Below, piece by piece: positions 24,954 through 32,000 of a stretch of DNA of 32,000 bases; position 1 is the first letter of the stretch; each line of letters starts with the position of its first letter. The translations under genes and the position numbers were made by a program. The DNA lies in NCBI GenBank assembly GCA_964573185.1, contig CAZNIQ010000003.1, positions 1-32,000 of the forward strand. Direction: 5' to 3'. The stretch comes from Candidatus Woesearchaeota archaeon. Lineage in GTDB: Archaea; Nanobdellota; Nanobdellia; Nanobdellales; CAZNIQ01. The notes beneath the pieces are model-generated. The model did no database searches and was not told the origin of the DNA. It saw only the letters and a list, made by a program, of their open reading frames with translations.

Positions 24954-26764
24954 AGGCGGAAGTTTACTTAAATGATAAATTTGTAGGCTATGTAGAAAAT
25001 CCAGAGCAGTTCGTAAGAGCTATTAGGGAAGCTAGAAGGAGGGGCCAATTACCTCCAACAGTAAATGTATATTATGATGAAGAGTCCAATAGAGTATTCG
25101 TTTATTGTAATAAAGGAAGATTATTAAGACCATTGATTGTTGTTGAAAATGGAAAACCTAAGTTAACAAAGGAACATCTTGAGAAATTAGTAAAAGGAGA
25201 ATTAACTTGGGAAGATCTTGAAAAGCAAGGAATAATAGAGTGGTTGGATCCTGCTGAAGAAGAAAATGTTTATGTTGCTTTAGACGAGAAAGAATTAACA
25301 CCGGAACATACCCATTTAGAGATTGGTCCTCAAACTTTCTTTAGCATAGTTACTTCTTTAGCTCCATATGCGAATTATAATCAGACTGTAAGATTAAACA
25401 GAGGAATAAGACCTCAAAAACAAGCGTTATCTATCTACACATATAATTTCTTATTACGTTTTGATTCAGATGTATCTATTTTGTATTATCCACAGGAACC
25501 ATTAGTAAGAACTTTCACTCATGAGATTTTCAGAGATTATGATATCATTGGTCAAAATGTTGTAGTTGCTGTAATGGTTGGTCACGGATATAACATGGAA
25601 GATGCTTTAGTATTTAATAAAGGTTCTATAGATAGAGGTCTATTCAGAGGAGTATTCTTTAGACCTTATGAAGCTGAAGAATTAAAGTATCCTGGTGGTC
25701 TAAAAGATGAAATCAGAATTCCAGATCCAGATGTTAGGAATTATAAGGGTTCTGAAGCTTATAGGAATTTAGAAGAGGATGGAATAGTTTATCCGGAAGC
25801 AGAAGTAAAAGGAAAAGATGTTTTAGTTGGAAGAGTTTCTCCACCTAGATTTACAGAGATAGCAGCTTTTGAAACATTGACAGTTACAGGCTTAACCTTA
25901 AGAGATACATCCGTTACTGTGAGATCTGAAGAAAAGGGTATTGTTGATGCAGTGTTTATAACTGAAACAAAAGAAGGAAACAAATTAGTAAAAGTTAGAG
26001 TTAGAGATTTAAGAATTCCAGAGTTAGGTGATAAATTCTGTACAAGATCTGGACAGAAAGGAGTAATAGGTTTAATCTTACCAGAGTCAGATATGCCTTT
26101 TACAGCTTCTGGAGTTAAACCAGATATAATATTTAACCCAATGGGATTGCCTTCAAGACAGACTGTTGGTTATCTATTAGAAGCTTTAGCTGGAAAAGTA
26201 GGAGCATACTCTGGAAGATACATTGACGGTACTCCATGGGATGAAGAGCCGGAAGAAGCATTGAGAAAAGAATTATTAAAATTAGGTTTTAGAGAAGATG
26301 GAACTGAAACTATGTATGATCCTATATCTGGTGAAGAATTCAAAGTGAAAATATTCGTTGGAAACATCTATTATATGAGATTGAAACATATGGCTGCAAA
26401 TAAGTTGCATGCAAGAGCTAGAGGTCCATATACTTTGCTAACAAGACAGCCTACTGAAGGTAAAGCAAAAGAAGGAGGTTTGAGGTTAGGAGAAATGGAA
26501 AAGGATGTTATATTAGCTTATGGAGCACCAATACTATTAAAGGAGAGATTTTCTTCTGATAAAACTATAATTTATGTTTGTGAAAAATGTGGTGCAATGG
26601 CTATTGATGATACTATTAGAAAAAGAAAATACTGTCCTGTATGTGGAGAAACTGAAAGAATAAAGCCCGTAGAGGTTTCTTATGCATTTAAGTTATTCCT
26701 AGACGAACTGATCTCTTTGGGCATCTGGCCAAGGTTAAGGGTTAAACCGAAGTACGAAGAATAA
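24950..26764 (+). CDS. rpoB1: DNA-directed RNA polymerase subunit B' (C-terminal part of split Rpo2)
   Basis: 604 aa: GYNMEDALVFNKGSIDRG, GDKFCTRSGQKGV, NPMGLPSRQTVG, RLGEMEKD and a C-terminal CEKCG...CPVCG zinc ribbon. Confidence 0.95.
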   Translation: MKAEVYLNDKFVGYVENPEQFVRAIREARRRGQLPPTVNVYYDEESNRVFVYCNKGRLLRPLIVVENGKPKLTKEHLEKLVKGELTWEDLEKQGIIEWLDPAEEENVYVALDEKELTPEHTHLEIGPQTFFSIVTSLAPYANYNQTVRLNRGIRPQKQALSIYTYNFLLRFDSDVSILYYPQEPLVRTFTHEIFRDYDIIGQNVVVAVMVGHGYNMEDALVFNKGSIDRGLFRGVFFRPYEAEELKYPGGLKDEIRIPDPDVRNYKGSEAYRNLEEDGIVYPEAEVKGKDVLVGRVSPPRFTEIAAFETLTVTGLTLRDTSVTVRSEEKGIVDAVFITETKEGNKLVKVRVRDLRIPELGDKFCTRSGQKGVIGLILPESDMPFTASGVKPDIIFNPMGLPSRQTVGYLLEALAGKVGAYSGRYIDGTPWDEEPEEALRKELLKLGFREDGTETMYDPISGEEFKVKIFVGNIYYMRLKHMAANKLHARARGPYTLLTRQPTEGKAKEGGLRLGEMEKDVILAYGAPILLKERFSSDKTIIYVCEKCGAMAIDDTIRKRKYCPVCGETERIKPVEVSYAFKLFLDELISLGIWPRLRVKPKYEE

Positions 26765-26793
26765 ATTTAAACTTTACTTTTTAAACTTTCATA

Positions 26794-29409
26794 ATGACCA
26801 CTCCTTTTAAGCTTTCTGAAATTACCTTTAGATTGGTAGATCCTGAAACAATAAGAAATTTTGCTGTAGTTAAGATTGTAACTCCAGAACTTTATGATAA
26901 AGATGGATTTCCAGTAGAAGGGGGCTTGATGGATCCCAGAATGGGTGTTATAGATCCAGGATTAAGATGTAGGACTTGTGGTAAAAGATTTGGAGAGTGT
27001 CCCGGACATTTTGGATATATAGAATTAGCAAGACCTGTAATACACGTTTTGTATGCTGAATTAATTTATGATATCTTAAGAATAGTTTGTCATAATTGTG
27101 GAAGGATAAAATTACCTGAAGAAAAAATAAAAAGATACCTCAAAAGATTTGAATATTTAAAGAAAGTATACGGTCCAGTTACGGCTTTTCAACAGTTAAG
27201 AAAGAAATTGTTAGAAGAAACAAAGAACGTTACAAAGTGTCCTCATTGTGGATACGAAAATCCAAAAGTAGAATTCCAAAAACCATATAAATTCTTTATT
27301 TATGAAAAAGAAGGAAAGAGAAGATTAACTCCCATTGAAATAAGAGAAATATTAGAGAAGATACCTGATGATCATGCTAGGGCTTTAGGTTTTGGAAAAG
27401 ACGTTAGACCAGAATGGATGGTATTAACTGTTTTACCAGTTCCTCCTCCAACAGTAAGACCCTCTATAATTTTGGAAACAGGAGAGAGAGCAGAAGATGA
27501 TTTAACACATAAATTAGCAGATATAGTTAGAACAAATCTTAAATTGCAAGAAGCAATAGCTACGGGTGCTCCTGAAATTATAGTAGAAGACTTATGGGAT
27601 TTGTTACAATACCACGTTGCCACGTACTTTTATAATAATCTCCCAAATGTTCCAAAAGCTAGACACAGATCTGGTAGACCTTTGAAATCTCTTGTTGAAA
27701 GAATATCTGGAAAAGAGGGAAGGTTAAGATACAATCTTTTGGGTAAGAGAGTAGATTTCTCTGCAAGAGCAGTAATATCTCCTGATCCAAGAATAGAAAT
27801 AGATGAGGTAGGAGTTCCTATAGAAGTTGCAATGGAATTAACCGTTCCGGAAAGAGTTACTGAATGGAATATAGAGTGGTTAAGGAAATTGGTTTTGAAT
27901 GGTCCAAATAAGTATCCTGGTGCGAATTATGTTATAAGGCCTGATGGAAAGAGGTTCAGAATTACTGATGAAAACAAAGAAATGTTAGCAAACGAACTAC
28001 AACCTGGATGGATCGTTGAAAGACATCTAATGGATGGAGATATTGTACTATTCAATAGATATCCCTCTGTACACAGGATGAATATGATGGCTCATAGAGT
28101 TAGGGTTTTACCGGGTAGGACATTTAGAATAAATCCCTTTATCTGTACTCCATATTACGCTGATTTTGATGGAGATGAAATGAATATACATGTTCCACAG
28201 ACCGAAGAAGCTAGAACAGAAGCGAGATTATTGATGAATCCAAGATATCATATTGTCTCCCCAAGATATGGTTTAGCAATAGTAGGATTAATACAGGATG
28301 CTATATCCGGATTATATCTCCTAACACAAGATGATACGAAATTGTCTTTTGATGAAGCAGCACAATTGTTATATGATGCTGGAATACCTTTGGATAAGTT
28401 CAAAAGATTAATGGAAAAAGCTAAGAAAGAGGGAAGAGATTATTTAACTGGAAAAGAAGTATTTTCATGTGTTTTACCGGATGATCTTAACTTTGAATAT
28501 GAAGCAAAAGGAATAAGATTTGTAATTGAAAATGGAATGTTAAAAGAAGGAGTTGTAACTAAAGATATTGTAGGTGCAGAAAAGGGACATTTGATAAGAT
28601 ATGTTTATGAGAAGTACGGACCGGACTTTACAATCAAGTTTATACACCAATTAGGCTTACTAGGTATTGAATATCAATGGAAACATGGATTGTCTTTAAG
28701 CTTATCTGAATGGGATCTACCTAAAGAAGCTGAAGAGGAGATAAAGAGGATAAAAGAGGAAGCTAGAAAAGAAATAGAGAAGCTAATTGAGAAATACAGA
28801 AAAGGAGAAATAACACCTATGCCAGGTAAAACCGTTAAAGAAACATTTGAAACAATGGTTTTGCAAGTATTAAATAAAGTAAGAGATGAAGTAGGAAAAA
28901 TTGTTGAAAAATATCTAAAGAAAAATACAAATACGTTTATAATGTTAAAATCTGGAGCTAGAGGTAATATATTAAATATAGCGCAGATGGTTGGTGTTGT
29001 AGGACAACAAGCTTTAAGAGGACAAAGAATAGAGTTTGGATATAAAGATAGAAACTTACCAATATTTAAGAAAGGAGATCTTTCACCTGAAGCAAAAGGT
29101 TGGATAGATGTTGGATACAGACATGGATTAAGACCTTGGGAATTCTTCTTCCAGTCTATGGTAGGAAGAGATGCTTTAATGGATACTGCCGTAAGAACAG
29201 CTTATTCCGGATATCTATATAGAAGATTGGTTAACGCAACATATGATGTAAAAGTTTGGTATGATGGTACTGTTAGAGACTCATGGAACAGATTGATACA
29301 ATTCTTGTACGGAGAAGATGGATTGGATGTTCAGAAAACAGAAAAAGGAAAATTAAATATTGATAGAATAATAAAGGAAGTCTTAAAAGAATATCAACAA
29401 AAGAAATAA
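26794..29409 (+). CDS. rpoA1: DNA-directed RNA polymerase subunit A' (Rpo1N)
   Basis: 871 aa: zinc motifs CRTCGKRFGECPGHFG and the catalytic YADFDGDEMNIHVPQ (NADFDGD variant). Confidence 0.97.
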   Translation: MTTPFKLSEITFRLVDPETIRNFAVVKIVTPELYDKDGFPVEGGLMDPRMGVIDPGLRCRTCGKRFGECPGHFGYIELARPVIHVLYAELIYDILRIVCHNCGRIKLPEEKIKRYLKRFEYLKKVYGPVTAFQQLRKKLLEETKNVTKCPHCGYENPKVEFQKPYKFFIYEKEGKRRLTPIEIREILEKIPDDHARALGFGKDVRPEWMVLTVLPVPPPTVRPSIILETGERAEDDLTHKLADIVRTNLKLQEAIATGAPEIIVEDLWDLLQYHVATYFYNNLPNVPKARHRSGRPLKSLVERISGKEGRLRYNLLGKRVDFSARAVISPDPRIEIDEVGVPIEVAMELTVPERVTEWNIEWLRKLVLNGPNKYPGANYVIRPDGKRFRITDENKEMLANELQPGWIVERHLMDGDIVLFNRYPSVHRMNMMAHRVRVLPGRTFRINPFICTPYYADFDGDEMNIHVPQTEEARTEARLLMNPRYHIVSPRYGLAIVGLIQDAISGLYLLTQDDTKLSFDEAAQLLYDAGIPLDKFKRLMEKAKKEGRDYLTGKEVFSCVLPDDLNFEYEAKGIRFVIENGMLKEGVVTKDIVGAEKGHLIRYVYEKYGPDFTIKFIHQLGLLGIEYQWKHGLSLSLSEWDLPKEAEEEIKRIKEEARKEIEKLIEKYRKGEITPMPGKTVKETFETMVLQVLNKVRDEVGKIVEKYLKKNTNTFIMLKSGARGNILNIAQMVGVVGQQALRGQRIEFGYKDRNLPIFKKGDLSPEAKGWIDVGYRHGLRPWEFFFQSMVGRDALMDTAVRTAYSGYLYRRLVNATYDVKVWYDGTVRDSWNRLIQFLYGEDGLDVQKTEKGKLNIDRIIKEVLKEYQQKK

Positions 29410-29410
29410 A

Positions 29411-30538
29411 ATGTTACCGAAATCTATACAAGAAGAATTGGAAAAGAAATTAAAGGAACTTAATGTTCCTGAAGAAGTAAAAGAAGAGATTAGAAGAAGG
29501 GTTATAGAATTATATGAAAAATCTAAGATAGAACCCGGGGAAGCTGTTGGCATAGTTGCTGCACAATCCATTGGTGAACCTTCAACACAGACAATTCTTA
29601 GGGCTTTCCACTGGGTCGGTATGGCAGAATTCCAGGTCACTTTAGGTTTGCCAAGATTAATAGAAATCTTAGATGCAAAGAAAAAGCCCAAATTCCCAAT
29701 GATGCGAATATACTTAAAGGAGCCTTATAAGAATGATCCAGAAAAAATAAAAGAAGTTGCTTTAAAGATTAAAGAGCTAAGATTAGAAGAGTTGATGAGA
29801 GAAGTAACGATAAATCTTTTAGATAATACTATTGAAGTATATTTAGATCCAGAGAAATTAAATAAAAATAAAATAACTTTTGAGGAGGTAGTTAAAGGAA
29901 TTAGGAAAAGTTTTAGATCAGGTTCTATAAAAGATTATTCAGAAAAAGAGTTAAAAATAGTTATTAAGCCTAGAAAGGAAAAACCTACATTAAAGGATTT
30001 ATATCAATTAAAGCAAAAAGTAAAAGATATTGTTGTGAGAGGAATTAAAGGAATAAAAGACGTTTTACCTATTTATGATGATAAAGAAGGAGAATATGTT
30101 ATTTTAACTTATGGTACAAATCTAAAGGAAGTTTTGAAATTAGAAGAAGTTGATGAAACAAGAACTATATCTAATGATATACACGAAGTTGCGAAGGTTT
30201 TAGGAATTGAAGCTGCAAGGAACTTGATTATACAAGAAATAAAAAGAGTTTTGGAAGAACAAGGTTTAGAAGTAGATATTAGACATATAATGCTGTTTGC
30301 GGATCTTATGACTTGGTCTGGAACTGTAAAAGGAGTAACAAGATATGGTATTGTTAAGGATAAACCTTCCGTATTATCCAGAGCAGCATTCGAGACTCCT
30401 ATAAAGCATTTCTTAATAGCTTCAATAATTGAAGAAAAGGATGAGATGAAAGGAGTATTAGAAAATGTAATGGCAAATCAAATAGCACCTTTAGGAACAG
30501 GTATTGTAAAGCTTGCTTGGAAAGAAGAGAATAAATAA
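29411..30538 (+). CDS. rpoA2: DNA-directed RNA polymerase subunit A'' (Rpo1C)
   Basis: 375 aa: EPGEAVGIVAAQSIGEPSTQ (trigger-loop region) and the C-terminal ...NVMANQIAPLGTG. Confidence 0.95.
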   Translation: MLPKSIQEELEKKLKELNVPEEVKEEIRRRVIELYEKSKIEPGEAVGIVAAQSIGEPSTQTILRAFHWVGMAEFQVTLGLPRLIEILDAKKKPKFPMMRIYLKEPYKNDPEKIKEVALKIKELRLEELMREVTINLLDNTIEVYLDPEKLNKNKITFEEVVKGIRKSFRSGSIKDYSEKELKIVIKPRKEKPTLKDLYQLKQKVKDIVVRGIKGIKDVLPIYDDKEGEYVILTYGTNLKEVLKLEEVDETRTISNDIHEVAKVLGIEAARNLIIQEIKRVLEEQGLEVDIRHIMLFADLMTWSGTVKGVTRYGIVKDKPSVLSRAAFETPIKHFLIASIIEEKDEMKGVLENVMANQIAPLGTGIVKLAWKEENK

Positions 30539-30558
30539 CTTTTCTTTTTATATTTCTC

Positions 30559-30831
30559 ATGGTCGATCAAAAATTCATTGAAGAGTTAAGAAGATTGGTT
30601 AAGGAAAAGAAAGCAATTGTGGGATCAAATAGAACAATAAAGCTGTTGAAATTAGGAAAAATAGCAAAAGTTGTAATGGCAAGAAACGTTCCAGAAGATA
30701 TTAAAAAAGACATAGAGTATTATGCTAAGCTAGCTAACGCAGAAGTGGTCCAATTAGAAGTAGATAACGTTGAATTAGGAGCCATGGTTGGAAAACCGTT
30801 TAAAGTAACTGTTATAGGGATACCCAAATAA
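30559..30831 (+). CDS. rpl30e: 50S ribosomal protein L30e
   Basis: 90 aa: GSNRTIKLLKLGKIAKVVMARNVPEDIKKDIEYYAKLANAEVVQLEVDNVELGAMVGKPFKVTVIGI. It follows rpoA'' as in other archaea. Confidence 0.88.
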   Translation: MVDQKFIEELRRLVKEKKAIVGSNRTIKLLKLGKIAKVVMARNVPEDIKKDIEYYAKLANAEVVQLEVDNVELGAMVGKPFKVTVIGIPK

Positions 30832-30862
30832 TTTTTAAATAAAATTTTATATTCAATTAACA

Positions 30863-31291
30863 ATGCCTAATGGTCTCTTTGCTGGGAGGAAGTTAAGAAA
30901 AAACAGGAAGAAATTCAGATGGGCCAAAAAAGAATATAGAAGAAGGATGCTTAGATTAAAAGAAAAATATGATCCATTAGAAGGTGCCCCCATGGCTTCT
31001 GGTATTGTATTAGAGAAAGTAACTGTTGAAAGAAGACAGCCAAACTCCGGATTGATTAAATGTGTTAAAGTTCAATTAAAGAAAAATGGAAAGATAGTAA
31101 CAGCTTTTGCACCTGGTGATAAGGCTATAAAATATATAGATGAACACGATGAAGTTTTAATTGTAGGTATTGGAGGAAGAAAAGGAAGATCCTTAGGTGA
31201 TATTCCCGGAGTAAGATATAAAGTTGTACTTGTTAATGGGCAGCCATTAGAATTGTTAAGAAAAGGAAAGATAGAAAAAGCAAGAAGATAA
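30863..31291 (+). CDS. rps12: 30S ribosomal protein S12 (uS12)
   Basis: 142 aa: [49 protein letters not shown]...[11 protein letters not shown]. Confidence 0.93.
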   Translation: MPNGLFAGRKLRKNRKKFRWAKKEYRRRMLRLKEKYDPLEGAPMASGIVLEKVTVERRQPNSGLIKCVKVQLKKNGKIVTAFAPGDKAIKYIDEHDEVLIVGIGGRKGRSLGDIPGVRYKVVLVNGQPLELLRKGKIEKARR

Positions 31292-31293
31292 AA

Positions 31294-31728
31294 TTATCTT
31301 ATCGGTACCCTCTTTTTTCTATATTTCGCTTCTTCCTTTTTACCAATTCTAATTATTAACACACCATCCCTGTATTCTGCATCAATCTTTTCAGGATCAG
31401 CATCTGGCGGTAATGGGATAAATCTTTGATAACCAACATAAACTCTTTCTCTCCTAATCCATCCTTCTCCTTTTTCTTCCTTTACACCTCTTCTTACTGC
31501 TCTTATCTCTATCCCCTCCGGAGAAACGTATAGTTGTATATCTTCTTTTCTAACACCAGGTAAATCCAATTCTATAACATAATAATCTCCTTCATCTCTA
31601 ATATCCATTAGAGGTTCTATCATTTCTCTTTCCAATGGAATCCTCATTCTTTCTAGCATTCTGCGCGTTTCTTCTAATGTTCTCATTACGGACCTTTCAA
31701 TTATTTTGAAGATGTCGTCGATGTACAT
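31294..31728 (-). CDS. hsp20: small heat-shock protein (Hsp20/alpha-crystallin family)
   Basis: Alpha-crystallin domain: YYVIELDLPGVRKEDIQLYVSPEGIEIRAVR...YQRFIPLPPDADPEKIDAEYRDGVLIIRIGK. Confidence 0.88.
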   Translation of the reverse strand: MYIDDIFKIIERSVMRTLEETRRMLERMRIPLEREMIEPLMDIRDEGDYYVIELDLPGVRKEDIQLYVSPEGIEIRAVRRGVKEEKGEGWIRRERVYVGYQRFIPLPPDADPEKIDAEYRDGVLIIRIGKKEEAKYRKKRVPIR

Positions 31729-31764
31729 AATTTTTATTTAAATTCTTTCTTTAAAAACCTTTGA

Positions 31765-32000
31765 ATGATAACAATATATATTTACAGATTTGCAGAAGCT
31801 TGGATAGGGATAGCTATTAGAAACAACAAAATTGTTGCAATATCCTTTACTTTTGAAGATAAAGAAAAATTAATTAAAAATATTGAAAGAATTCTAAAAA
31901 TAAGAAAAATAAAAGATGAAATAGAAATCAAAGAAGAGAAACACCCATGGCTTTCCTTGATTTATAAAATATTTAAAGGAAAAGAAAATCCACAAAAGAT
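31765..32000 (+). CDS. 3'-partial ORF, possibly the N-terminal domain of a methylated-DNA-protein-cysteine methyltransferase (Ogt/MGMT-like)
   Basis: The frame is open from the ATG at 31765 to the window end: MITIYIYRFAEAWIGIAIRNNKIVAISFTFEDKEKL...PWLSLIYKIFKGKENPQK. The pattern resembles archaeal Ogt N-terminal domains (..IG.I...N.iv.i.f... then l..yF.G). The catalytic PCHR region would lie beyond the window. Confidence 0.35.
   Translation, partial: MITIYIYRFAEAWIGIAIRNNKIVAISFTFEDKEKLIKNIERILKIRKIKDEIEIKEEKHPWLSLIYKIFKGKENPQK

Noticed and set aside
22758-29691. Minus-strand ORFs within xerA and the rpo genes (22758-22997, 24130-24384, 25789-25983, 26170-26367, 27372-27623, 29383-29691).
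   Set aside because: They are antisense to unambiguous RNA polymerase and recombinase genes and are shadow frames.
1-32000. CRISPR arrays, rRNA genes and transposase/IS elements.
   Set aside because: Reading both strands showed no regularly spaced direct repeats, no long GC-rich rRNA-like tracts, and no transposase-like ORFs or terminal inverted repeats.

Overview
This 32-kb window comes from a very AT-rich (about 30% GC by eye), extremely compact archaeal chromosome. The proteins are rich in Lys, Glu and Ile, as in hyperthermophiles. Most genes are core information-processing genes:
- RNA polymerase block: rpoH, rpoB'' and rpoB' (split B subunit), rpoA', rpoA'', L30e and S12.
- An inverted EF-2, EF-1alpha, S10 block.
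- The L31e, aIF6, LX, prefoldin-alpha cluster.
- L18e, Rrp4, Nop5, a type IA topoisomerase, XerA and a small heat-shock protein.

Canonical archaeal operons are broken. NusA and S7 are missing, Nop5 lacks fibrillarin, Rrp4 lacks Rrp41/42, and L18e lacks L13/S9. A stand-alone C-terminal half of an Lhr-type helicase and a core-only topoisomerase suggest split genes. Together with the split rpoB this resembles Nanoarchaeota (Nanoarchaeum-like) genomes. That placement is an inference, not a database result.

The less ordinary content is:
1. A 150-bp GC-rich RNA island (11500-11650) with three C-box/12-nt/D-box modules around an unclassified structured core.
2. A perfect 12-6-12 dif-like palindrome in the only long non-coding gap, upstream of an orphan coiled-coil protein and xerA. 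This locus sits exactly where the two halves of the rpo/str superoperon diverge.
3. A translationally coupled envelope operon with an IcaA/NodC-like processive GT2, a YfhO-like GT-C, a monothiol thioredoxin-fold protein and a lone T2SF platform protein.
4. Tandem small Cys-pair paralogs next to a metallophosphoesterase.
5. An unlisted 54-aa ORF encoding a transmembrane helix plus leucine zipper.

I saw no CRISPR array, rRNA, tRNA or obvious mobile element.
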